Source of the DNA: Escherichia phage slur02
Length of the DNA: 64,000 bases
Strand: one strand, 5' to 3'
Sequence record: NC_028927.1
Positions 51,812 to 60,919 of the stretch are shown here, one piece after another (position 1 is the stretch's first letter; the number at the start of each line of letters is the position of its first letter). A program made the position numbers and the translations under genes. The notes under the pieces were generated by a model, which saw only the letters and a program-made list of their open reading frames with translations, had not been told where the DNA came from and ran no database searches.

Positions 51812-52431
51812 TCAACTACCTCAATATCATAAACTTTAAATGTTCCAAATGAATCGTGTAATTTTTCTTTTGAAATAGAAGTTATTTTATACTTTCCAAT
51901 TGGAATCATCCATTCTTGTTCACGCACAATCATCATTAAGTTATCAGTACGCTCTGAATCTAATCCATCAGTATCTTCATACGTGTACTTAAACTCAGTA
52001 TTAGGAGAAGAAAGTATAATATCGCTGATATGGTCAGAATAATTAAAAGCTTTATTAGTTTTTAAGCGAAGTATTATTTTAGTAAAATATTCAGCGTAAG
52101 AAAAAGAACATGCTGTGAGCAAACTAGTAGTAAATGAATCTACCCTGTTCGTTGAAAACACTTCTCCAACTTGTAAATCTTTAATAAGTTCTTCTGTTGA
52201 TTTTGATATACCACGATATAACTGATAAGGCGATTTAGTTAAATGCTTTTTAATGATTTTATTCAACTGTCTGTGAAGAGCTTCATTCTTTTTGGCTTCC
52301 ATACATTGCCAAAGAACAGACTGCTCAAAGTCAGTAAATTTTTCACAGACCTTTTTATACATATCATATTGAAAATCAACGCTTTCAGCTTTTATAGATA
52401 ACTGTTCAACATCTGCAAGATTAATAATCAT
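51808..52431 (-). CDS. modB: ADP-ribosyltransferase ModB (207 aa)
   Basis: ART signature (YRGIS ... STN ... EQEWMIP); 207 aa. Confidence 0.75.
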   Translation of the reverse strand: MIINLADVEQLSIKAESVDFQYDMYKKVCEKFTDFEQSVLWQCMEAKKNEALHRQLNKIIKKHLTKSPYQLYRGISKSTEELIKDLQVGEVFSTNRVDSFTTSLLTACSFSYAEYFTKIILRLKTNKAFNYSDHISDIILSSPNTEFKYTYEDTDGLDSERTDNLMMIVREQEWMIPIGKYKITSISKEKLHDSFGTFKVYDIEVVE

Positions 52432-52458
52432 GATAGCCTCCGTATACTTCAGAAGCTA

Positions 52459-52487
52459 TCATATCATCGTTAGAAAGGAAAGTAAAC
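52459..52487 (-). promoter_or_regulatory. T4-type early promoter (GTTTAC-N17-TATGAT)
   Basis: Minus-strand aaaGTTGTTTACtttcctttctaacgatgaTATGATag upstream of modB. Confidence 0.5.
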
Positions 52488-52498
52488 AACTTTTTGAA

Positions 52499-52681
52499 TT
52501 ATTTTGCCCAGGGAGCCCAGGGCGGAGGGTCAAGATGGTATGAAGCTAGTTCTTCTAGAAGAGCATCTGGGGCTTCAATTCCATAATTCTGTAATACTAT
52601 ACGGTACTCTTTCTTATAATCACTAGAATCATTCTGGATATTCGTAGAATGATTATCTTCTAACATCTCAAATAAATCCAT
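52499..52681 (-). CDS. hypothetical protein (60 aa)
   Basis: ORF track. Confidence 0.45.
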   Translation of the reverse strand: MDLFEMLEDNHSTNIQNDSSDYKKEYRIVLQNYGIEAPDALLEELASYHLDPPPWAPWAK

Positions 52682-52689
52682 ATTAATTC

Positions 52690-53160
52690 CTAGCGATAAA
52701 AACCAAATTGACGATTAGCTTCAATAATCTTTCTTTCTTCTTCGGACATTCTCCAGCGTAGTCCAACATCAAAATGAGCCCAGACCATCTTAACGAATGC
52801 ATTTATATCTTTAATATCTTCAATAATGAATGTTTTACTTTTAGAAGGTTGACTCGCTAATTTAACTTTATCGTCTTCAAACAGGTCAAAAAGACCATAT
52901 TCATGAGCTCTTTTATAGCCTTTAATAGTTAAAGCTTCAGAAGAAGAAAACGGTGAATCAGTATTCTGCAAAATATCTTCAGTATGCTTTATAATTAGAA
53001 TAACATTTTCTGGGTATTTTCTTTCTTTTATATCTTTAATTAAAATATCCGGATTTTCTGCTAAAGGAATAATTAATGAGCACTTTTTGTCAAGTGTATT
53101 TACTGATTTACCTTCTTTAGACATAAATTCTATTGAATAATGTTTTGCTACTTCAATCAT
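52690..53160 (-). CDS. hypothetical protein (156 aa)
   Basis: ORF track; mrh-region position, unverified. Confidence 0.5.
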   Translation of the reverse strand: MIEVAKHYSIEFMSKEGKSVNTLDKKCSLIIPLAENPDILIKDIKERKYPENVILIIKHTEDILQNTDSPFSSSEALTIKGYKRAHEYGLFDLFEDDKVKLASQPSKSKTFIIEDIKDINAFVKMVWAHFDVGLRWRMSEEERKIIEANRQFGFYR

Positions 53161-53313
53161 GTGATTTCCTCTTGCCTACTAATGGGCCGTCAGGAATTTT
53201 GTTTTCCTGGATATATTTCTCATTTTCTTCCATCATTTTACTGCCAATTTTAAGAAGCAAATCCAGTGCTTCATTTGCTTTAGCTTTAGCCTCTTCCAGC
53301 GTCATATCTTTGT

Positions 53314-53517
53314 TCACGATTTATCCCCATAGATGTCTCTCATCAATTTAAGCGCTGAGCGTTCTAATTTCTTTTCTTTCTCAGCACTAATCATTGATTT
53401 CATCCATTCTTCCGATTCGTTCTGCATTTCTTTATTTGCTTGTTCAACCCAACCATCATCAATGTACATTGAGTTTGGTCTATTGAACCATTCAAGCATT
53501 TTCTTCAGAACTTTCAT
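53314..53517 (-). CDS. hypothetical protein (67 aa)
   Basis: ORF track. Confidence 0.45.
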   Translation of the reverse strand: MKVLKKMLEWFNRPNSMYIDDGWVEQANKEMQNESEEWMKSMISAEKEKKLERSALKLMRDIYGDKS

Positions 53518-53989
53518 TTGTTTTACCTAAAACAACAGTAGGAGCATCATCAAATTCATGAATTTTTAGCAAATTTGGATGTAAACTATTCCATACAGAA
53601 GAAATAAAGTATGATAAAGCATCTTCACTCACAATTATAAATTTATTTCCTTTATCTATTTTCCAGCTATATACTGAATCATACGAATAGAAAGATAAAG
53701 GTTTATCATTATATTGTTCTGCGCTAACATTGATGTATTCGGATTTAGTAAATGCTTCAATTGCTCTAAACGGAATATTTGGTACAGTTTCAATAATTCC
53801 GATCTTTTTAAGTTTTATTTCAGCATCTTCTGGAACTGGCATTGAAACAAAATTTTCTACGAGATACATTGGGTCACAATAACCCTTATCAATCATTACT
53901 GCTACGGTAATTGGAACGTCTTTAGCAAACGACATACTATTACTGCTAATATACATTTCAAACAAAATCGCTTCCATAATTTTCCTCAA
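53492..53989 (-). CDS. hypothetical protein (165 aa)
   Basis: ORF track. Confidence 0.5.
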   Translation of the reverse strand: MRKIMEAILFEMYISSNSMSFAKDVPITVAVMIDKGYCDPMYLVENFVSMPVPEDAEIKLKKIGIIETVPNIPFRAIEAFTKSEYINVSAEQYNDKPLSFYSYDSVYSWKIDKGNKFIIVSEDALSYFISSVWNSLHPNLLKIHEFDDAPTVVLGKTNESSEENA

Positions 53990-54327
53990 TCACAAGATGT
54001 AGATGAACAACTAGAATCACAAGAATTTCCACATGAATCGCCCGTCAATACATGAACAGGAACATTAGTGTCATATGAATCAGAACTAGACTGTGTATTC
54101 TGCGTATTAGATGATGTAGTAGGTGTTGACCAGCGCCAAGGATTTTTATAATATTCTTGGGCTTCTTCATAAGTCATAGTAACTGCTTCTACTGTTCCAT
54201 CTCCCATATAAACATATTCAACTACAGTTAAAGGAAGATAGTCATTTGAAATAGGAACTACACCTTCTCCAGGAGTCGTAGAGAAAAAATCTTTAAAGAA
54301 ACTTTTAAACCAATTAAAGATAAACAT
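53986..54327 (-). CDS. hypothetical protein (113 aa) with Cys/Ser-rich C-terminal tail
   Basis: Translation ends ...[18 protein letters not shown]. Confidence 0.5.
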   Translation of the reverse strand: MFIFNWFKSFFKDFFSTTPGEGVVPISNDYLPLTVVEYVYMGDGTVEAVTMTYEEAQEYYKNPWRWSTPTTSSNTQNTQSSSDSYDTNVPVHVLTGDSCGNSCDSSCSSTSCD

Positions 54328-54533
54328 TACAAAAAGCCTCTTTTGAATTCGACTTGCTTATCGCCATAATCATATCGAATCTCTGCGTTAAATTCAACAG
54401 AACCATCTGCGTACATCATAAATGAATGCACAACAACTTCTGTAGACCATGGTTGCAATTCATATTTCTTCATTACATGCCGTGAAATGATAATATCTAA
54501 ATCTTCATTTGGTTTAATCCAACGATTTAACAT
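54327..54533 (-). CDS. hypothetical protein (68 aa)
   Basis: ORF track. Confidence 0.45.
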   Translation of the reverse strand: MLNRWIKPNEDLDIIISRHVMKKYELQPWSTEVVVHSFMMYADGSVEFNAEIRYDYGDKQVEFKRGFL

Positions 54534-54558
54534 AGTGCTCTCCTCTATAAGATAATTT

Positions 54559-54588
54559 TATTATACCATACTCATTTTGGAAAGTAAA
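54559..54588 (-). promoter_or_regulatory. T4-type early promoter (GTTTAC-N18-TATAAT)
   Basis: Minus-strand ccgGTTTACtttccaaaatgagtatggTATAATaaa immediately after the soc terminator. Confidence 0.55.
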
Positions 54589-54600
54589 CCGGTAAAATGA

Positions 54601-54625
54601 AAAAAGGACTCCCGAAGGAGTCCTT
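54601..54625 (-). terminator. rho-independent terminator after soc (GGACTCC-CGAA-GGAGTCC + T-run)
   Basis: Identical sequence to the hairpin at window positions approx 13-30. Confidence 0.65.
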
Positions 54626-54629
54626 GAAA

Positions 54630-54875
54630 TTATTCACCAGTTACTTTCCACAAATCTTCATTTGCAGCAATCCATTCAGTACGTTGATTTTCTTCATATA
54701 CTGTAGAATACGCTGCTTTTTCTGAAGGGAATGTCTGGTAATGAGCGCCAGAAATTTTGTGAACATCAGAATAAAGAGGGAAAGCTACAGAAATTTCCTT
54801 TCCTTCAATTTTCTTATTTCCATCTAATTTCTGCTCAAATGTTTTGATATTAACATAACCGCGAGTACTAGCCAT
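54630..54875 (-). CDS. soc: Soc small outer capsid protein
   Basis: 81-codon ORF; sequence recalled as T4 Soc (MASTRGYVNIKTFEQKLDGNKKIEGKEISVAFPLY...). Confidence 0.9.
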   Translation of the reverse strand: MASTRGYVNIKTFEQKLDGNKKIEGKEISVAFPLYSDVHKISGAHYQTFPSEKAAYSTVYEENQRTEWIAANEDLWKVTGE

Positions 54876-54891
54876 GTAATTCTCCTTTTAT

Positions 54892-55101
54892 TTAAATTAC
54901 AAGACTATTTATAATAAATTCTTGCGGAACGTTAAAATACCCAATTTTAGTTAATATAACAACATCACCGTTAATAATTACCGGAGAATAATCGGCTGGA
55001 GCATTAAACTTCCAGTGGGCTCTAATATTATATCCATCAGAACCAAATGCTCGACTAGCAGGTCTACCGGCTTTTTGCCATGCATAAAAATCAAATTTCA
55101 T
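54892..55101 (-). CDS. hypothetical protein (69 aa)
   Basis: ORF track; occupies the slot where T4 carries segF. Confidence 0.5.
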   Translation of the reverse strand: MKFDFYAWQKAGRPASRAFGSDGYNIRAHWKFNAPADYSPVIINGDVVILTKIGYFNVPQEFIINSLVI

Positions 55102-55301
55102 TTTGAATGCTCTATAATTAATTTTAAGGCTTCTTCATGCAACCACTTACCTGGTATATGTCCAGTTTTAATTGTGTGAGCTTTGCGGAGCTGATTAGAT
55201 AAGAGCTCACATATGAGCTCTTTGTCATAATTTTTAAATAGCTGGTCAATACGTTTCTTGCGGGCTTTCTTAAGCTGACGTTTATTTAAACGAGCCATCA
55301 A
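55098..55301 (-). CDS. hypothetical basic protein (67 aa)
   Basis: ORF track. Confidence 0.5.
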   Translation of the reverse strand: MMARLNKRQLKKARKKRIDQLFKNYDKELICELLSNQLRKAHTIKTGHIPGKWLHEEALKLIIEHSK

Positions 55302-55816
55302 TAACCTCGGTCTTGACGAGCAAAGTTTTCAGCATTTTTCAGATAATAAAGTTTAAAGATTTCTTCAGCCGTAAGACCGAGACCTTGGAACATGTTCAGA
55401 ACGAAATGAAGAATATCAATCATTTCGAATTTAATTTCCAACTGGTCTTGTGGAGACAAATCAGTAATTAGAGTTTCACGACGTTCACCATGCTGTGACT
55501 TCCAAGGTTTCCATACAGCAGATGCATCTTTTTCACCATTGCTCATACCGCCAAGAGAAGTCAGAAGTTCACGGAATTCATCATCAATGTAATCTTTCTG
55601 ATTACGCAGCCAATCAACAACTTCGCCTGCAGTAGCCAAATCATCAGGATGACGGTTATATTCAGGTTTATCTTTAGCTAAACGAATCTGCAGAGATTTC
55701 TGCATGTCAAGCATTACCTGCAGCGGGTCTTTTTCATCACCGAGAATATCCCAATATTCATTTTGAGCTTTATCAGCGCCTTCAATCAGTTGTGAACATT
55801 CATTAAAATATGCCAT
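55298..55816 (-). CDS. 56: gp56 dCTPase/dUTPase (MazG-like), 171 aa
   Basis: Track ORF trimmed to Met32 (MAYFNECSQL), preceded by AAGGAAAAATA; 171 aa as T4 gp56. Confidence 0.85.
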   Translation of the reverse strand: MAYFNECSQLIEGADKAQNEYWDILGDEKDPLQVMLDMQKSLQIRLAKDKPEYNRHPDDLATAGEVVDWLRNQKDYIDDEFRELLTSLGGMSNGEKDASAVWKPWKSQHGERRETLITDLSPQDQLEIKFEMIDILHFVLNMFQGLGLTAEEIFKLYYLKNAENFARQDRGY

Positions 55817-55887
55817 TATTTTTCCTTTCAATTCATGGGTTAGTAGATTAATTATACAATAAATATATAAAGCAATAAGGAGGACAT

Positions 55888-56088
55888 ATGGTACAAAAAT
55901 TAATGGCACTTGTTGATGCCATAAAAGGTAATAAAAAACGTATAGCTTTTACTATTTCTGCTATGGTAGGAATTTTACTCTGGAACTTTATTTTATCACC
56001 TGTTGCAATTGCACATGGTATTAATATTCCAGTAGTTACTCTTGATACATTCGTAGATTTAGCATTTGCTTTAGTTGGGTTAATTTAA
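55888..56088 (+). CDS. small membrane protein candidate (66 aa), plus strand, convergent with gene 61
   Basis: Strong SD AAGGAGG 5 nt before the ATG; two hydrophobic segments; stop codon overlaps the gene 61 stop on the opposite strand. Confidence 0.45.
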   Translation: MVQKLMALVDAIKGNKKRIAFTISAMVGILLWNFILSPVAIAHGINIPVVTLDTFVDLAFALVGLI

Positions 56089-57113
56089 ATCTTAGCATAT
56101 TTAGATAGCCGCATTTTAGCCATCAACCCCTGGGCAATATTATTTTTCATATATTCCATAATTTGTTCAGGGGTTGCACCTTCCTTTCTAATCATATCAT
56201 TAACATCTTTTGATTTCCAGGGAGATTTATCCCAAAACATAACCCTTTCTCCTGCATCAACTAATTTAGTCATTCGCTTAATAGTGTCAGGATGACGAGG
56301 TTCATTATCTAAAACCCACACTCGTCTATCTTTAAATGGAACAACTTCTAGGTCTAATTGACCACCCGTAATAGCTATACCATTTTCAATAAAAAGTGAA
56401 TCTATAGGTCCTTCTAGAACATATACATCACCATCTTTAACTCGTTCGACTCCATAGATTTTTGTTGCTTCAGGATAAGCTTTGATAGTGATATATTTTT
56501 GGGGAGCATCTTTCTTTAATGCACGTCCTTGAAAAGACTCAGCTTTTCCATTAGCATTATAAATTGGAATAACAAGACGAGGCTCAGGTATTTCCTTTTT
56601 ATATGTTCCCGGTGCTATGCTATTAACTAATTTAGGCCATTCAGTTGTAAACCAAAGATATTTCCATTTATCCTTTGGAATACAACGAGCTTTTACATAT
56701 TTTATAATTGGATGGTCTTCCGCCAGTTTATCTAATCTAACACATGACGGAAGAGATTTAATTATTTTCTTCTCAGGTTGTTTAGGAAGTTCTTTAGGTT
56801 TTTCTACTGGACGACTTTTACCTTTTTCTTTTCTTATTTCAAAGATATACTCACGATATAAATCAGGTTCAAACTCCTTTAAATATATTCCGATTGGTGC
56901 ATGATAGTTACAGTTATAACAATGAATATTTCCTTCATTATTATCACCATAATACCATCCACGAGCTTTATTCTGGTCGGTTTTTGAATCTCCACAAACA
57001 GGACATCTAAACCGTAATTTAAAAGTTGAACTATTATTTACTTGTGTGAATTTAGGTAAATGAGCTAATGCACGGTATGCAAACTCATTATCAATCCAAG
57101 GTATTGATGACAT
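56085..57113 (-). CDS. 61: gp61 DNA primase (342 aa)
   Basis: N-terminal zinc ribbon CPVCGDSK ... CYNC; Toprim region; 342 aa as T4 gp61. Confidence 0.9.
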   Translation of the reverse strand: MSSIPWIDNEFAYRALAHLPKFTQVNNSSTFKLRFRCPVCGDSKTDQNKARGWYYGDNNEGNIHCYNCNYHAPIGIYLKEFEPDLYREYIFEIRKEKGKSRPVEKPKELPKQPEKKIIKSLPSCVRLDKLAEDHPIIKYVKARCIPKDKWKYLWFTTEWPKLVNSIAPGTYKKEIPEPRLVIPIYNANGKAESFQGRALKKDAPQKYITIKAYPEATKIYGVERVKDGDVYVLEGPIDSLFIENGIAITGGQLDLEVVPFKDRRVWVLDNEPRHPDTIKRMTKLVDAGERVMFWDKSPWKSKDVNDMIRKEGATPEQIMEYMKNNIAQGLMAKMRLSKYAKI

Positions 57114-57115
57114 TT

Positions 57116-57278
57116 TTACTCTTCTTTTTCTTTAGATTCCTCTTTTTTCTTTTTAGGAATCTGTTCAGGGCCTTTATTTACTACAGCGCCTGACGTTGTT
57201 CCAATAGAGATATTTTCAGGATTACCACCTGAATCTCCAGCGACCATATCTTCTTTAATAAATTCTTTATATGTTTTC
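57116..57278 (-). CDS. possible small protein (approx 54 aa), 61.1-like
   Basis: Hand translation MKTYKEFIKEDMVAGDSGGNPENISIG...; stop lies 2 nt before the gene 61 ATG; below track cutoff. Confidence 0.35.
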
Positions 57279-57328
57279 ATATTAACCTCTATTCATAAAA
57301 GCATTAAAAATTTGGTCATCAATAGATG
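57279..57328. repeat. direct repeat copy 1 (approx 46 bp)
   Basis: attaacctctattcataaaagcattaaaaatttggtcatcaatagat, near-identical to the copy at approx 57639. Confidence 0.8.
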
Positions 57329-57638
57329 GAATAGCAACCTTTTCGGCATCATTTAGCAAATCATTAATTTCATCAGATAGCATAACACATGTGCCTTTAT
57401 TTCCTGTAATTGTTACTGCACAATTACGAACGTTTTCTTTATCAAATTTTAGGTTAATATTTTCGTAGTGAAAATCCTTTAATGCCGAATATATCTTTAA
57501 AATGAAATTGTCTTTTACTACAATAAACCCAACTTCACTATTAAAACGTGGTTCATGGAAACTGTAATAAACCTTTTCATCTATGAAATCGTATGAAATT
57601 TTTTCCATTTTTAAATATGAAAATTCAGAACTATACAT
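57282..57638 (-). CDS. hypothetical protein (118 aa), paralog of the C-terminal half of the next ORF
   Basis: Shares motif YxSF...VG-F/I-x-VKDN-x-I and an identical C-terminal tail SIDDQIFNAFMNR with ORF 57640..58266. Confidence 0.5.
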   Translation of the reverse strand: MYSSEFSYLKMEKISYDFIDEKVYYSFHEPRFNSEVGFIVVKDNFILKIYSALKDFHYENINLKFDKENVRNCAVTITGNKGTCVMLSDEINDLLNDAEKVAIPSIDDQIFNAFMNRG

Positions 57639-57686
57639 ATTAATCTCTATTCATAAAAGCATTAAAAATTTGGTCATCAATAGAAA
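57639..57686. repeat. direct repeat copy 2 (approx 46 bp)
   Basis: attaatctctattcataaaagcattaaaaatttggtcatcaatagaa; one mismatch to copy 1. Confidence 0.8.
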
Positions 57687-58266
57687 CATTTACTTTAGAC
57701 TGTTTTTCAGATGGCAATTCATATCCACATATTACAATTTTATGATCAATATCAAAATACACAGAAGCAATATGATTAATGATATTTTCAGTGAAGTCTA
57801 AATCGACATCAATATCTTTTTGACCAAATCCCAGAGGATAAATAATGCGAGTAATTCGATTATCTTTAACAAAGATTCCACCGACATACTCTGTACTGCG
57901 TTTAAAGTCTACACGCCGACGAAATGAAAAATATTCAGGCTCTTTATGAGCTCGGCTCATAGGACACAACGAATAACTAGAATAAGAGATGTCAAATCCT
58001 ACGCCTTCGATATGAGCCAAAGTGTCATGATTAAACCAATTATAATCGTACGCCAAATCCATTAGATTATAATATGTAAAAGGCACCGGATTAACATCAT
58101 TAGTCACAAGCATGTAATTAGCAACTGCTATAATTTCATTGTTTTTAACGAATACAAACCGTGATTGATGCGAATGACCTGGACCCGCGTTTTCACGATT
58201 AATGATATAACACTGGGCACCTTTATATTTGTATGTATCTTTGCACTTGTGCATTTGATAGAGCAT
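57640..58266 (-). CDS. hypothetical protein (208 aa) with internally repeated FVKxN domain, 61.2-like position
   Basis: Internal repeat RFVFVKNNEIIAVANY / GGIFVKDNRITRIIY; C-terminus duplicated in the adjacent ORF. Confidence 0.55.
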   Translation of the reverse strand: MLYQMHKCKDTYKYKGAQCYIINRENAGPGHSHQSRFVFVKNNEIIAVANYMLVTNDVNPVPFTYYNLMDLAYDYNWFNHDTLAHIEGVGFDISYSSYSLCPMSRAHKEPEYFSFRRRVDFKRSTEYVGGIFVKDNRITRIIYPLGFGQKDIDVDLDFTENIINHIASVYFDIDHKIVICGYELPSEKQSKVNVSIDDQIFNAFMNRD

Positions 58267-58559
58267 TATTCACCTACCACTTCAGCGATGATATTTTTGT
58301 TATTAAAGTTTTTATCGCAATACAGAACATAATTATACTGCATTACACCACCAGACTTAAGTTGTTTTTGCACTTCAGCTTTCATTTCAGGGCGATCGCG
58401 CTCAACGATATTCATAATATCTGCTTCAATTTGAGTTTCAACTTCAGTCTGATCCGCAGTCATAGACCATTCGCACAAATCTTTATCATAACCTGCCATA
58501 GCAGGCTGAGCAGCACAAGAAGCTAAAGCAAAAATTGTGGCAAAGATAAATTTTTTCAT
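58266..58559 (-). CDS. sp: Spackle (Sp) periplasmic superinfection-exclusion protein, 97 aa
   Basis: Signal peptide MKKFIFATIFALASCAAQPAMA; 97 aa as T4 Sp; position between 61 and 41. Confidence 0.8.
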   Translation of the reverse strand: MKKFIFATIFALASCAAQPAMAGYDKDLCEWSMTADQTEVETQIEADIMNIVERDRPEMKAEVQKQLKSGGVMQYNYVLYCDKNFNNKNIIAEVVGE

Positions 58560-58587
58560 GATAATCTCCTCAGTAATTTATGTTTAT

Positions 58588-58617
58588 ATAGTATCTCAAT
58601 TTCCAACAAAAGTAAAC
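58588..58617 (-). promoter_or_regulatory. T4-type early promoter (GTTTAC-N18-TACTAT)
   Basis: Minus-strand acTGTTTACttttgttggaaattgagaTACTATataaac upstream of sp. Confidence 0.5.
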
Positions 58618-58619
58618 AG

Positions 58620-58919
58620 TTATTTTAAAACTTCTGCGTAATCACATGTTACAAACTGTTTCTCTAGCTTAACGATCTTACGAAAATACCTTTTACACTG
58701 ACGAATCTGTCGCTTCGTAGGACGTACAGCAAACTTAATAAATTCCACTCGACCAAATGGAGGACTTTCTTCTGCTGGAATATCTAACACCAATTCCCAC
58801 GTATCTGCAATAAGTGCTTTGAATTGCGTATTTTTCCTGACGTTATACGGAGTAGGTTTAAATAAAACAATATGCATATTATCCTCGGCAATCCACTTCA
58901 CATACTTTCTTGTCATCAA
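58620..58919 (-). CDS. hypothetical protein (99 aa), 61.4-like
   Basis: ORF track. Confidence 0.5.
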   Translation of the reverse strand: MMTRKYVKWIAEDNMHIVLFKPTPYNVRKNTQFKALIADTWELVLDIPAEESPPFGRVEFIKFAVRPTKRQIRQCKRYFRKIVKLEKQFVTCDYAEVLK

Positions 58920-59061
58920 TGAAAGCTTTAACTAATGCTTTATTAACTTCAGCATACTGAGTAGTAACCCATTGAACGTCATCTTTCATCATTGTGGTTT
59001 CTTTAGTAAACATGCTTTCATTCTTAAACCACCCCATAAAAACTACCTTTACCAATTCCAT
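58879..59061 (-). CDS. dmd: Dmd (discriminator of mRNA degradation; antitoxin against RnlA/LsoA), 60 aa
   Basis: 60 aa; sequence recalled as T4 Dmd (MELVKVVFMGWFKNESMFTKE...); next to gene 41. Confidence 0.8.
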   Translation of the reverse strand: MELVKVVFMGWFKNESMFTKETTMMKDDVQWVTTQYAEVNKALVKAFIDDKKVCEVDCRG

Positions 59062-59080
59062 AACAATCTCCTCATTTAAC

Positions 59081-59110
59081 CAACAAGACTACTATACCAT
59101 AGTCTCGTCA
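59081..59110 (-). promoter_or_regulatory. T4-type early promoter (GTTTAC-N18-TATAGT)
   Basis: Minus-strand ttaGTTTACaagctgacgagactatggTATAGTagtc upstream of dmd. Confidence 0.5.
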
Positions 59111-59119
59111 GCTTGTAAA

Positions 59120-60547
59120 CTAAAATTTTAATTCATTCGCCAAAGCATCTAACTGAGCTCGAGTGGATTCATTTCTTTGATAGCGATTCTGCTCAGCCTG
59201 AATCTGTTGTGAACCTGCTACTTCACTCACTTCAGTTGGAGTAGAATCTTGTTCAATTTCTACCCATTTCTGATTTCCCTTTTGAACACCCATCAAAAAC
59301 TTATTCCACTTATTCTTATCGCCATATCGTGATTTGATTTGCTTAATGAGTTGTTGTTCAGCAGCTGCTAGCTCCTCAGTTTCAATGACCGCAAGCATAA
59401 AATCGGCTGTTGCTGGAAGACCAGCAGATTCTGCAATATCGCTCATGTTAACATCAGAAGAATCCCAAGCCTGTTTGCCGACCTGTGCTGCAGTCCAAAG
59501 AACAGTTTCGGTTTCAACAGCCAGAGCACGCAATTCCTCTGCAATAGCTTTAACAGTTGTGTAACTATTTTCTGAATAAACTCTAATGCGGCAAGATTTA
59601 CAAATACCTAGATAGTCGACAATAATGATTGTTGGAACAAAATTCTTTTTGAGCTTCAATTCATTCAAGAGAGACCTGAATGTATTAGCATCTGCTCCAC
59701 CAGTAGGATACTGTTTAACGATTAAACGACCAAGAGTAGATTTCTCACGCCATTTTTCCATTTTTCCTTTATACTCAGCGTAAGAAATATGCCCATCATC
59801 AATGTCATCAAGAGAAACATCAAGCATATTAGCATCAATACGTTTCGCACAGACTTCTTCAGCCATTTCCATGGAAATGTAAAGAACGTTATGACCAAGC
59901 TGCAAATAATCTGCTGCCAATGAACACAATCCTAATGACTTACCAACGTTAACGCCAGCCATTAAAACGTTCAGTGTTCCAGTCTCAGCTCCGCCTTTAG
60001 TAATTTTGTTTAGAATTCTGAGTTTAAATGGAACCTTACGAGCTTTATTCATATAAGATAGCCAACGCGCTTCATAGTCATCCATCCAATCATGACCAAC
60101 GTAGCTATCAAATGAAATTGATAATGCTTGGCGCATGATGTCAGGAATAGCACCAACATCCGGCATTTTCTTATTTCGTTTTTCCGGAGGAAGCTCAGCA
60201 TTAGTTTGAATTTCGATTATTTTAGACGTAGCATTAAACATCGCCCTTTGCTGAACATATTTTTCTGTTTCTTTTATTAACCAACTGTGGTCTTCCGGAG
60301 AATCAGCTAGTTTTGAAATAAGTGTTTTTACACCAGAATATTCTGTTTCAGTAAATGAACTATTTTCTAATGCAACATTTAACGCATTAATAGATGGAAC
60401 GCTATGATACTCATTAACATGAGATTTAATTAATTTGAATGTATTTTTAGCTGGACCACTTTCAAAATATTCTGAATCCATATATGGCCAAACTTTTGAA
60501 AAATAAGCTTGATCAAATATGAGATGAGAAAGAATAATTTCTACCAC
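59120..60547 (-). CDS. 41: gp41 replicative DNA helicase (DnaB-like), 475 aa
   Basis: Walker A GVNVGKS; 475 aa as T4 gp41. Confidence 0.95.
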   Translation of the reverse strand: MVEIILSHLIFDQAYFSKVWPYMDSEYFESGPAKNTFKLIKSHVNEYHSVPSINALNVALENSSFTETEYSGVKTLISKLADSPEDHSWLIKETEKYVQQRAMFNATSKIIEIQTNAELPPEKRNKKMPDVGAIPDIMRQALSISFDSYVGHDWMDDYEARWLSYMNKARKVPFKLRILNKITKGGAETGTLNVLMAGVNVGKSLGLCSLAADYLQLGHNVLYISMEMAEEVCAKRIDANMLDVSLDDIDDGHISYAEYKGKMEKWREKSTLGRLIVKQYPTGGADANTFRSLLNELKLKKNFVPTIIIVDYLGICKSCRIRVYSENSYTTVKAIAEELRALAVETETVLWTAAQVGKQAWDSSDVNMSDIAESAGLPATADFMLAVIETEELAAAEQQLIKQIKSRYGDKNKWNKFLMGVQKGNQKWVEIEQDSTPTEVSEVAGSQQIQAEQNRYQRNESTRAQLDALANELKF

Positions 60548-60556
60548 ACTTACTCC

Positions 60557-60919
60557 TTAAAAGAATTTAAATTTTTTCTTTGACCTTTTATTAAATGCAT
60601 CTTGCAGTTGCATTGTAATACATTTTTCTACATGAGGAGCTAACTCAGCTTTTCTTTCTTGGTCAAGAACAGCAAAGTCCATTACAACCTTTCCATCAAC
60701 CCAATCCAGTTTTGTTACATACACTATATGTGTAGAACCGTCTTCTAGTTTAATGACAATCTCCTGGATAACATTTTCCATGGCAGATTTAATTATCTTA
60801 AGAGATTCATTAAAAAGACGTTCTTTTCTTTCTTCTTCCCCCTCCGAAGAGGGGGATTCATCGATAATTTCTAGATCTAAATCTAAATCATCTTTATTCA
60901 TTAAATTCTTCCATATCAC
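60557..60919 (-). CDS. 40: gp40 head vertex assembly chaperone (120 aa)
   Basis: Size and position between uvsX and 41. Confidence 0.7.
   Translation of the reverse strand: MIWKNLMNKDDLDLDLEIIDESPSSEGEEERKERLFNESLKIIKSAMENVIQEIVIKLEDGSTHIVYVTKLDWVDGKVVMDFAVLDQERKAELAPHVEKCITMQLQDAFNKRSKKKFKFF

Noticed and set aside
54892-55301. Possible segF-like homing endonuclease between soc and 56
   Set aside because: Only two small ORFs (69 and 67 aa) occupy the interval and neither shows GIY-YIG or HNH motifs.
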